This document shows, piece after piece, positions 11,048 through 23,092 of a DNA stretch of 64,000 nt. A program made the position numbers and the translations under genes. The notes under the pieces were generated by a model. That model was not told where the DNA came from, searched no databases, and worked only from the letters and a program-made list of their open reading frames with translations. Location of the stretch: positions 36,608,001-36,672,000 of the forward strand of contig CP068257.2 in NCBI GenBank assembly GCA_009914755.4. Reading direction: 5' to 3'. The DNA comes from the human T2T-CHM13v2.0 reference genome, Homo sapiens. Each line of letters begins with the position of its first letter. Within the stretch, counting starts at the first letter, position 1.

Positions 11048-13490
11048 AAAGTTGAGCTGGAATTTGAGCTTATTTATTATTCCTTGAAAATCAAGTGTAG
11101 ATACCCTCGATTGCTACCATAGGGAGTGCCACAGCAAGAGCTCAGTGAGTATAATTTGTCCTCCTGTTTTTTTCTTTGTTTTGATTGCACATTTACTCTA
11201 TCAATAATATGAATGTTTCAAATTTTGTCTTTGAAATGTGGACTAGCAAAATTACTAAGATACTGAGTACTTAAAGTTACTTATAAAATACCGCTTAAAG
11301 ATATCAACATCTGTTCATCTGTAAAGCACTCTAGAAGTTGTTTGCAATTTTTACTGACAACTAAGTGAAATATAAAGATAAAACATTTGGATCTTTGATG
11401 AGCTTCAATTAGAAATGTTTTTTTCCAGAATATATCATTTTTCTAATGATAAATGGTTTAGATTGAGTTAATATTTCTGTTCCACAATTGTATTATTTCC
11501 TTTTGCCCATAGACTTTTTATTCATGCATTTCTTCAAAAAATAAATATTATATTGTTTCATCCCAATGCTTATATGGAGGCCCAGGAGGCTCTGCATCCC
11601 AACCCCTCTGTTTTCTGTCTTACCTGCCAGGTCAGGATGAGAAATGCCATTGGGCTTATTGAGGCAGGGATGGTGAGTCTAGCTTTCAGTTTCCTGTACC
11701 TGGCTGACATGATTTTCTTCACCGTCACTTGCTCTGGCTGGTATTTGTATCCATATAGAAAAATATAAACATAACAAAAGCTTTGGACAAATGAAATCAA
11801 ATTCTAATTCTATTAGAAGGCACCTGATGTCATTCTCTTAATGACTTTTTAGAGTATTACTGCACAAATACCCTCCACCAGGGGGTAGGGGAGGAAGCCT
11901 GTATTCTCCTCTGTCTGCATATCTAGTACTTTGCTAGTGGCTGACTTGGTGCTCCATAAACATGCCGTTTCTTCCTGACACTTTCATTTTCTTAAGCCCA
12001 TTAACAGCATGAGATAGACACATATGGGTGGATTCCCAAGTCAGATGCTTTGTTCTGAAACTATCTTTAAAATCTACTGTAGACTGATTTTCAGACCATT
12101 TTCCAGTGATGGAAACAGGCTCTCCCTGTGAATTTATGCAGCCTTGTTTCCCCTAACGTTTCACCCAAAATGAGGTTAGCCCTGGAAATTCCAGTGTCCC
12201 TTAGCTACAGGGGCCCTCCACTGAGAATGGCTTACTCCTATGTGTGGTACAAGTATTATGTTTGTTGCCTGTTCACATCCCAGGAAAAATACTGATTTCT
12301 GCTCCTGAAGTCATAAAAGATTATTCAATCATAAGCCTTATGTTTGGGATTATCTTCAACTATAAGCGGCTGCACACATTCAGCTTGTTCTTCCTGACTG
12401 AAGGGTCCAGAAGCAGACAGTCTATGGGTGGGAGGGTAACTCACAATGTCACCAGGGACCCAGTTCCTTTTCATTTCTACTCAGTCATCCTTGGCACAGG
12501 CGTGGTACTCTGTGTTACAAGAGGGCTGTTTGGTCCACCAGCAGCAAGAGGAAGGGAAAGGGGCAATGGGCAAAGATGACATGTCTATTGGCAAACTCTT
12601 CTAAAGAGATTTCCCAGAGGCAGGACGAACTTCTCACCCAAAATTTGGTTCAGATGTTGAGACTGATGATACCATATATGAATCCACTAAGAAAGTATGG
12701 AAAGGTTTATTGCTTACATAATGATCCAAAAATAGCTTTAGAATCCAGAGAAGAGAGACTGGCTTGGCGTTTATTGTGGGTAGAGATGAGGCTGGGGTGA
12801 AGGCTTTTGCACAGGGGTAGAGGCTTGTGGGGTTTAAATTTCCCACCAATTCCAAAGGAGGGAGCACCTGGGCCTTCTTTTCAGCTTCCTGGATATGGAA
12901 CAAAAGGAGAAGAGGGAGTAATGAGATTTGAATGCAGCCAGACATCAGAAATGTAGTCAGACTCTTTATTGCACTGTCTCAATACCCTTCTCCTGGCATC
13001 TTACAGCAGGCTGAGAAATGTGGTGTTTTAGTGGCCACAATGGAGGGCTGTTAGCACAGGAGTGCAGGATGGAGGTGAGCGGGGGGGCAGGCAGCAGACT
13101 CTGCCAGCCCAGCCATCTCGTCTTTCCTGCTGACCTCCATTCAAAGATGAAAAGTGACCTTGGCTGTCCACAAGGATCAATGGTGTTGAGGTACCTGGCT
13201 CACTTTTGTTACATAACCAAGTCCAGTGAACTACAGTAATGTAGCCTTTTCCAAAGCTTGAAGGAGCAAGAGGAAAACCATGAGAAGGAAGAAGAGAGCT
13301 ACCCTTTGGGACACAGCAGGGCCCAGTGAGTGTGTTCAGCTATAAATATGGGCATCCTAAAGATCCATCGCAATGGTATGTCCTTCTGTTAATTGCAAAG
13401 ACAAAGGGAACACACAAGTTAAAAACAACAACAACAACAAGAACAACAGTAACAATAACGATAGAAAGCAAAACAGCCTAATTCTGTCCT

Positions 13491-13516
13491 CTAGGCTGGA
13501 GACTGTAATTTTTTCC
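13491..13516. repeat. Target-site duplication (3' side) of the SPATA20 retrocopy
   Basis: 'ctaggctggagactgtaatttttt' at 13491-13516 is a direct repeat of 'ctgggctctggagactgtaatgtttt' at 14138-14162. On the insert's sense strand the TSD begins with an A-run, as expected for an L1 endonuclease site. Confidence 0.8.
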
Positions 13517-14137
13517 CCACCGTAGGATACTGTTAAGTTTATTCTAGGGTGAGTGGGTGCCCAAGGGAGGCAGTGAGTATGGCTGAAGTCACCTGGTGGC
13601 AGGGTGCTCAGGGATGGCCACAAGTTCTACACGGCCCTGCAGGACCTGAGTCTTTAGTCAGTTGGGAAGCTCTACCTTCTGCCCCAGCCCAAGAGGGTTG
13701 GGGCAGTCACGGATGTAGCAGTTTTCGTAATTCACAGGGATCCATGATGAGCATTGAGCAGGCTTGATTCTCACACACATACGCAGTGGCCTGGTCTTCC
13801 TGCCTTCGGAGGGTACTCAGGAAAGGCAGCCAGTGGGACAGGAAACTCGAGGGGTCCCCATCAGCCAGAATCAGCACCATGTTAGGAATGTAGACAGGGT
13901 GGACGCACTGCACCAGAACTTTGGTGTCCTTGGCCTGGCGGTCTCCACAGATGGTGATCTGCCTGAGGGTCTGCTGCTGGGCTGAGAGGGCACGGACCAT
14001 CTCCGGCAATGCCACCGGGACATGGTGCATGTGCTGGGAGAAGGCAGTCACTAGGCACACACACTTGTCCATCCAGTCCTTGTGACTCGTGAAGCTGTGC
14101 AACCAGAGCGGGTTGTGGGCTGACACGGAATTGGCGC
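13517..14137 (-). pseudogene. SPATA20: 5'-truncated processed pseudogene (retrocopy) of the SPATA20 (DUF255 thioredoxin-like / six-hairpin) mRNA 3' end: C-terminal ~143 codons, stop, ~170-nt 3'UTR and AATAAA
   Basis: The uninterrupted minus-strand frame reads '…SAHNPLWLHSFTSHKDWMDKCVCLVTAFSQ…VLILADGDPSSFLSHWLPFLSTLRRQEDQATAYVCENQACSMLIMDPCELRKLLHP*'. This matches the conserved C-terminus of DUF255 proteins ('…TAYVCENFACQ-PVTDP-EL--LL'); SPATA20 is the only human member. The stop is at 13707-13709. A minus-strand AATAAA lies at 13538-13543. There are no introns, and TSDs flank the insert. Confidence 0.75.
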
Positions 14138-14162
14138 TGGGCTCTGGAGACTGTAATGTTTT
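14138..14162. repeat. Target-site duplication (5' side) of the SPATA20 retrocopy
   Basis: See the 3' copy at 13491-13516. About 22 of 25 positions are identical. Confidence 0.8.
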
Positions 14163-17100
14163 AAACTCTAGGAGGAATGTCCTCTGAAAGATTGTTCAGA
14201 AGAGGAAGTTGTTTTCCCCACTGGAAGGAAAAGAGGGGAGAAGAGTCAGAATGATTAGATAAAAGTGCTTTCCAATATGTTATTGTCCAGAGCGTGGTGT
14301 AGAAAAACAAAAGTATAGTAAAAAATGATTCTCCCTTTCAGTTCTCTCTTTAACCTTTCTCTCTCTCTCACATTTTTGTACTCAGATGTTGCTCCCTGGT
14401 TAAAAATAATTCTGCAGTTGAAAAGCAAGTCACTTGGGAAGATCTGCAAGTTAAAGCCCTACCAATAGTTTTCAAATATGACAATAAATGTCTGGGTGGT
14501 GATGAAGGGTGACTTGCAGAAGCACCATTTTCCATTGAGAAGGTGGTTATTGGCTTGCTATTAGAGGAGGAAGAAAAGATCTATGTTTATGGTGCTGATG
14601 GAGAAGCGTTCAGAACTAGCTGCTTTTGTGTTTAATATTTCAGTGAGGCAGGTGTCCCTAAAGGCATGTTGACACTTACCTCTAAGGATTCAACCAGAAA
14701 TCTCTTTGATTTGACATTTATTTTACAACTTTGATGTTTGTGACCACTGCTCAGTTCCCACAGGTTGCTGTTTGACCACAACAAGGTCACAAAGCCACGA
14801 AGCCATAAAATATGTTCAATTCAATAGCTAGTTATGGCTCTCGGCTCAGGGACCCCACCTCCCCAAAAACTAGCAGTCTAGAGGACTCCCTTGGCAGAGA
14901 ATCTGAGCACATGCGTTCTGCAAAGCCTCTTCTGGGGTCCTGATTTATTTTTATTTTTTCACTTTCTCCCCTTTATTCTCTTGATGAGCTTCAAAAAAAA
15001 ATTCCATTGCAGCTGGCAAGGCCGAAAAGGTACTTAATTTCAACCACATTTTTGGTACCCTAGGAAAACTAATTAGAAATAATATACAGAGAACAAGGTA
15101 TGGCATAGATGCACAAGATCTTTGCAGGCCAGTGAGCAAACCAAAGATACGAGAAATCGTAGGTCTGCCAACCTTATCTTAAAGTAAAAAATTGAGTTAC
15201 AAACAAAATACAAGTGCCACCACTCCTAGTGTGGAGAAGTCAGCTTGGGCCCATATCCCAACTTTAAGTAAAGTAGAAAACATTTATTTTATGTCTGCTT
15301 TGCCGTGACTGCCCTACAGTGGAAACAGGACATTTTTGCCATGAATTTATCATTTGATGCAGATGTTTGGCTCAAGTTTCCTGATCTTGTCAGCAAAGTT
15401 GACGTTAAAACATTAGAACAAGAATTGTGGTTTATTTACGTTTTCTTACAAGGTGTAAATTTGCATATATGAGCTTTGTTTTTATTGCAGCCTCTTAGAG
15501 AGCCTCTAGTTTTGGAGTGTATGCCCTATTTTTTCTCCATGAATAGTTTGATAGTTGTACTTAAATTTATGGGTTCTTTCTACCTCTTTCTACCTTTATT
15601 TCTCCAAGTACCAGCACATTTTATTACAGTGATTGCTGCTTTCCTGTTATTTTTTTAATGGCCATCAAGAAATATAGACTCCCATCGTAGCATTGCAGGT
15701 GGCTAACCCCATCTTGACCTCTAGACTTTTCTAAGTCTGCAAAGAATAAAAACAAGGAGGAATTTGCAAAGTTCATCAAGTCTAGACCTTCCTTAGAGGC
15801 CTAATGATTATATTTGAAGCCACTCTGGCCAGTTTTCCTGATTGGAAATGGTTAAAAAGTAGCTAGGAAGTTCTGAAAAAGCAAAAGTGGTTAAGATAAC
15901 AAGTTAAGCATTAGCAAGGAAGTTTTTCTTGAGTTCAAGTATTAATACATGGTCTGGGCTTTAGGAGTAATTTTACACCAGTTGTCTGTTTTCCTTTCAG
16001 AGGTGGATGGAAAGTTGTTCTCAAAATGCATCTGAGTTGTTGAATATCCATTATGTTACAGGGAAGCCATTCCTTCTTCCAAAACAGTTTTAATTTTTAT
16101 GGAGTCTAAGTTAAAACAGGAACATTTATTTTCTTATGGGTAAAGTTCCTGGAATGCTCTATTACATGGATTTAGTACATTTTTTGACCAAATAACACTT
16201 GACCAAACATTATTTTCAAAATTGATCTCTCTTTAAAAAACAAAAAGATTTAAAAATATGGTTCCTTTTGCTGATGAGCATCATACTTTGGCATTTAGTC
16301 TGTAAAACCTTGGCATTTAGTCTGTCTTCCTGGAGCTCAGTTTCTTGAAATGCACATCTCGCATTCAGGGCTTTCATACTCAACAGGTGGTACCAGCCAC
16401 TGGTGTTCTGCTTATAATAAAAATGATACATGTGTATTAATATTGCTCTTGTAGTTAATAAACACACCCAAATCTGGTTAATTTGTTCAAATTATTGACA
16501 GATTCTCTGTGATTTACCAGGATTAATGAGTATGCAAATACAAGGAAGAATGCCCAGGATAGAGAACATCATGGAACATATTGTACTTTATTGTAAAATA
16601 AAAATAGCCCTGGACAGCCCATGGAATGCGTTCTAACAGCATAATCAGTTCTTTACTGTGGTTTTCCTGCCAGGCGGGGAGCCCTGTGTCACACAGGGTG
16701 GGTGCCAAGTGTCTGGTTTGCGCTTTGGTAAGATTTTTCTTTTTCTTCCTGATAATTTTCAGGTTTGCAGTTTCTCCAAGTGCAAAACATCCAAGCCACC
16801 TCCCTCTGCAGTGGAGTATTGATTTTGTTCTAGATTTCTCAGCAAAGGTTGGGATATTAGAGTTCAAAACACAAGTGGGCAGGGTGAGCCCACAGTCTCT
16901 GTGACGGGGCCTGCTGGACACTCCCAGTCTGCCGGCGAATGGCAGAGGCCTGGGACAGCACGGTGGAATTTTCATCTCGTGCAAATGAACTTGGCCTCTT
17001 AGATCCAGGTCCTCTGCTACCAACAGTGAATTTGTTACAGTGTGAAATGCTGAGGCAACTACCTAAATAAATCTGGGCAAAATATACTATCGAAGCAATC

Positions 17101-17167
17101 TGGGATTTCCACCCTTCATGAATTATCTCACATTTTAGTCTAAATTGTTTAAGAATGACTTGCTCAC

Positions 17168-17561
<394 letters not shown>

Positions 17562-18849
17562 TTATTCTTAACAGGCTGATGATCCTGGAGCCCACGGCCA
17601 CACTTCTGGGCTCTAGTCACCTCTAATCCACGTTGTGATAATTGGTCATTTTGTTTTGTGCAGGCAAGACTTGGATGTGCAATTTTCATACCATCTCTTG
17701 ATTGTTTACCCAAACAGAAAATGTAACCAGGGAACCAGCAATATGGTAGTTATGCACTTCCCAAATCAACTTGAAGTTGATCCTAAATGCACGCTGTTTC
17801 CACTGCTGCTTCTCTGATGCAGGTTCTGCCCCAGTGATAGTGAGCTGGGGTTACTGTGAACCAAGATTGCACACGGGGCTATATGTGGAAACTCCGACCC
17901 CATGGTGCCTGCCACACACTCACACACATACTCTTTGAGACCCAACCAAACCAGCACTCAGAGGCAAAGAGTTTAAAGAGGTGGGGCTTTATCCAACATT
18001 GGAACCATTTTAAATTCCCCAAGTAGCTCCATTTCAAGTTCTTCAGATGGCCTATGAAGATCGATAGGACGTCTTTCCCTAAGCCCTTGCCCTCGTGCCT
18101 CTCCTGACACACGCCCAGCATCTCTCTTCTGGAGGCCTTCCCTGCTAAAGCTCTTTCTGTGCAACTTCTTGGCTGACTCCTCCATCCCCAGGAGGCTCTA
18201 TCTAACAGCAGCCTCATCAGGGACACCTTCCCCTCCTGCCACCTGCTCTGTGTTCCCCCAGCCCACATCTTCATTACACAAACTATTTGTATGCTCACTT
18301 ATAAGCTTAAGGGAAAGAGACAGTAAGCTCGTCTGGGTAGGAAGTCTGTTTTGTTTACTGCAGTCTCCATATCCTATGGAAGGGTGCCGGGCCCACTGTA
18401 GATGCTAAATTAAAACCTGGTAAATGTTGAACAAATAAAATGATTAAATCAAATGGTGTAGTATGCAAGGAAGAAACAAAGATAGGGATTCAAGCCCTGC
18501 CTCTCTACCTGGCTGTGTGACTTCAGCTCAGTTATTGAACTTCTCTTGCTTTTAATCTTCTTATCATTATAATTACTGAGATTTGGGCCACGTTTTTAGA
18601 AAGTTAAGATTTTGGGTGGCTTTTTGAGCTTTGACACTTTAAAATTGTTTATCTTCTTTTCTGATTTTTTTTTTCCTGCTGGGCTGTAATTTTCTTAAGG
18701 GCAGGATTATTAAAGATGCATCTGTTTATTTCCTGAAATTCACAGGACAACACTTACACTCAGGTGCTCAATAATCATTTGTTGGAAATAACCTGTTTTG
18801 TTTTTTCCCCAGAAAGCCTGTTTCAAAAGGTGTATTTTATAGTATTTGA

Positions 18850-19249
<400 letters not shown>

Positions 19250-20744
19250 TAGCCTGAAAACAGCCATAAACAATTTGTGAACAAATGGGCATGGCTGTCT
19301 TGAAATGAAACTTTATTTGCAAAAAACAAATGGCAGGCTGCATTTGACCTGGGAGCTATAGTTTGCTGGCCCAGCACTAGACGGTTATTGTCATAAAATA
19401 ACCATTTTCTAAAAACGAACTCTTTGTTTCCACTGTGTTTCTGAGTAAGTTACATGAGATCATTTAAGTTTCATTTCTATTGTTGGCCATTTGTTATATG
19501 AATAAAGATTTGCTAAGTGACCCTCAAGCTTGGGTCTTTATTTCATTTTTAGATTATATAAGGCTTGACCCACTTAAGAAATGTAACCGTCTTTTTATTT
19601 CTCCTATTAATTTTTTTTTTGTCTTTGTGACTATCTTGTTTATACAAACTGAACCTGAGACAAAGCCGCTAGTGACTGCTTTTTGTGGTTAAACTGGTTT
19701 CGAACCCACCAAAGTCTAGAAGAGGGAAAGAAAGAATTGTACCAGATTTGATGTGTTTTGTGTAACGTAAGCCAGATTGTACCTCCTTCTCTCTCTCCCA
19801 GGTCTGTATACAACTTAGGACCAAGAGGTGGACTTTGGTGTCTTAGTTCAAGCTCTAAAAATACCAGGGAAGCAGGGACCACGGCACATCCCAGGCTTGG
19901 TGCAGAAACCTGACCTGAATTGGACCTTAAGATCAGAATATAGATCTATTGTCTTTCCTCACCTGGCTGTTACCAAACTAACTTCCGCATCTCCTGGGAG
20001 TGCTTTCTATTTCATCCAGGCAGTGCCCTTATCTGATCTGGAGTGGGTTTATCTCTGGGAGAGCTATTGAAGTGCCTGACAGGAGAGGACACTAAGAGTA
20101 CCTCCAGTCTCCAACTGCCTCCTCCGGCAGAACTGAGCAAGTCCTAACCATGCCAAAAACATCATTATCTCTGGTTCCATCTTAGTCCCTGCACACCCTA
20201 GGATTCAAGGACTCAAGTAAGTTGGGGAGGGGAACATCTTTTCACCCCTGGAAAACCTTGTCTCCTCCCAAGCCCTGGGAGGGGAGAACTGCTGCTAATG
20301 AGATGCTGGTAGTTAGTCTTGTAATTTTTACAGTATTATCTGCAGAATGAATGACTACCAGCAGGTACTCTGAATCTCTTTTCTTTCTAATAAGATGTAA
20401 TCAACGAACCAGATTGTGGCCTTGGAGCTGACCAAAGGATCAGCTAAAGGAATTGGACACATCCTGAGCTAGTTAACACATGGGTATTGTCGGTCTAAGA
20501 TGCTCTTTAGGGGCTAGTGACTCATTCATGATGTGCAGGAAATGGCACAGACACCTCCATGACCACAGAAGGTTTCTACAGGCGCCGTCATCACAGGGTC
20601 TACAAACAGAAGGAAGTCAGAGAGAGAGGCTCAGGGGAAGGCAAGGCGGGGCTGGAGACCTGGATTCTACGTCGGAGTTTACCGCATCCTGGTTCTATTC
20701 CCAAAGTCCTCTCTGTGTGGCCATATGCCTGATTCTCAGCCTGG

Positions 20745-20900
20745 CTTCATTCCAGTCATCTCAGGATCTTACAAACAACATTGATGTCCAGGCCCCACCC
20801 CAGACCAATGAAATCAGAATCTCTTGGACATTAAAAAAAAAAATGAGTGATTCTTTCTGGGTGATTCTAATATGTGGTCAGGGTTGAGGCCACTGCTTTA
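20745..20900. mobile_element. MER5A-like hAT-Charlie fragment
   Basis: 'ccaggccccaccccagaccaatgaaatcagaatctct…gggtgattctaatatgtggtcagggttgaggccactg' matches the MER5A 3' half. It overlaps the spurious ORF 20480-20887. Confidence 0.7.
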
Positions 20901-21051
20901 CTTCATTACATCATGACACTAAAAATACTACTGGAAAGAAAAAAGGAGGGCTACCATCTGCCTTCCAATCTCTTCAGCTGGGAACCTCTTCATAAGACTG
21001 TATCTGAAACCAGGATACGAGATCCTTATAAGTAATTCCATTTATAATAAC

Positions 21052-21250
21052 AAAGAAAGAAAAGAAAGAAAGAAAGAGAGAGAGAGAAAGAAAGAAAGGA
21101 GGGAAGGAAGGAGAGAGGAAGGAAGGGAAGGGAAAGAGAGACAGAGAAAGGAAAGAAGAAAGAAAGAAGGAAAGGGAAGAAAGAAAGAAGGAAAGGAAAG
21201 AAAGAAAGAGAGAGAAAGAGAAAGGAAGGAAGGAGAAAGAGAATGAAAGG
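21052..21250. repeat. (GAAA)n/(GGAA)n polypurine microsatellite (~200 bp)
   Basis: Uninterrupted purine strand: 'aaagaaagaaaagaaagaaagaaagagagagagagaaag…ggaaggaaggagag…'. Confidence 0.95.
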
Positions 21251-22477
21251 TGTTTACAGCTGGAAATCAAACAGAACTTTGCCTGACACATGTTCATTTT
21301 TGGCCATTTTTGCCTTTTTTGTGGTGTGAACCATTAGTTCAGCCCAGTTAACCCTGAGACCACCCACAAAGACTGAATTCAGAGGTGGCTGTCCAGTACA
21401 GTGATTCAAGGTGAGGCCTGTGAAGTGAGATCAAGATTTGAATTTCTGCTTCTCAGTTCACCAACTATTTGACCTTGGGCAAGTGACTTAATTCAAGACT
21501 TAGTTTTATCATTTATAAAGTAAGAAGAATAATACCTGTCTTACATACTCTGATTTGTTGATATGATAGTCAATATGCTATAAGAATAAATTAATAATTA
21601 AATGACACGGTAGACATAAGGCATTTAAATCTAATTCCTGATCCACAGCAAACCTTCAACAAATAGCAGCTGTTATCATCAGAGCTAAAACGAATCATGT
21701 ATCTAGGCTAGGGTCTGGTTTCTTTGCTGTTTTGGATAATGGCTTAGGAATAAGAATAATGCCCACTGAAGAAGTCTTGATTTTTCTTAAAGCTCTAAGC
21801 TCACTAGAGTTTTTTGCGCGTTGCCAATTTCAATCAGATCCAGGAGTATTGGTTACTGTTGGCCTATATGATGAAGATTAACTTTTGGAAGAATCTTTCT
21901 GTGGAATGCAGGCCAAAAGAATTCTGAGGCTGCTTTTGATTTGCTTTGAGTTCGTTGCAGCTAATGTGAAGGATGCAAATATTTCTATATTCCCTACTAT
22001 CTGCTTGGGGTCTTCAAGAGATGAGTTACAGTGACCTGGAGGTAACATTTTAAAAATGTTAGTTAAGATTAGTGTTAAAAACACAGACAAAGTCTGAATC
22101 TCTCCAATGCTTGATTTTAATTTTTAAAAAAGAGGAACATATTACAAAGGAAGCAGAATTTCAACATAATCTTTAGATGGTAAATTATGTTTTACATTAG
22201 TCTGCATTATTACCACAATACTTGCACCTGGCTGGTATGAGGAGTGTGTGTGTGGGTTAAAGGGAGCTGTTATTTACCTGCTTATCTATCAGACTGGTAA
22301 TACCAATCTCACTCTGCAAATTTAACATCAGGGATTTACTGTTCATAATAGAATAAATGCATATTGAGAACCACACTTGAACTTAGCCCTTCTGACAGGA
22401 AACTTTCAAAGTTAGAAGTTACACTGAGCTTGAATTTTAAGAGAGAGGAAAAGTCATTTAATAAAACTAAAAAATGA

Positions 22478-23092
22478 AGGATGGATGGATGGATGGATGC
22501 ATAGGTAGATGGATGGATGCATAAGTGGATGGATGGATGGATGGGTGAATGGATGGATGGATGGATGGATGGATGGATGGATGGATGGATGGATGCATGG
22601 ATGGATGGATGGATGGATGCATGGATGTATAGGTATATGGATGGATGGACAGATGGATGGATGGATGCATAGGTAGATGGATGGATGGATAAATGGATTG
22701 ATGGATGGATGGATGGATGGATGGATAAATGGATGTATGGCTAAATGGATAGATGGATAGATGCATAGGTGGATGGATGGATCGATGGGTAAATGGATGG
22801 ATGGATAGATACATAGGTGGATGGATGGATGGATGGATGGATGAATGGATGTATGGATAAACGGATGGATAGATGGATAAATGGATGGTTGGATAGATGC
22901 ATAGGTGGATGGATGTATGGATGAATGGATGTATGGATAAACGGATGGATAGATGGATAAATGGATGGTTGGATAGATGCATAGGTGGATGGATGGATGG
23001 ATGGATGGATGGATGGATGGATGGAAAGATGCATGCATGCATAGGTAGATAAATGGATGAATGGATATGTAGGTAGATGGATGGATTGATTG
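22478..23092. repeat. (GGAT)n tetranucleotide array with GCAT/GTAT/AGGT variant units (~615 bp)
   Basis: 'ggatggatggatggatgcataggtagatggatgg…'. It generates three overlapping artefactual minus-strand ORFs (SIHPSIHP…). Confidence 0.97.

Noticed and set aside
11870-13350. Possible degenerate MaLR/ERVL-type LTR element
   Set aside because: Only a vague resemblance (e.g. 'gggagggtaactcacaatgtcacc') to THE1/MST LTRs. I cannot align it confidently, so it is not reported as a feature.
16523-17023. 166-aa minus-strand ORF, the longest in the track outside repeats
   Set aside because: No similarity to anything I recognise. It contains a poly-K/poly-F low-complexity stretch from an A/T run and lies next to an Alu. 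Treated as non-coding.
19640-19710. tRNA-like 'ggtttcgaaccc' motif
   Set aside because: Only a T-loop-like hexamer. No cloverleaf, acceptor stem or A/B boxes in the flanking sequence.
20480-20887. 135-aa plus-strand ORF
   Set aside because: It overlaps a MER5A DNA-transposon fragment and unique AT-rich DNA. No homology, it starts at a bacterial-style start, and it is single-frame luck in GC-moderate sequence.
21052-23092. Possibility of a CRISPR array (regularly spaced repeats)
   Set aside because: The repeats are 4-nt microsatellite units with no spacers. This is a eukaryotic genome, so a CRISPR array is not plausible.
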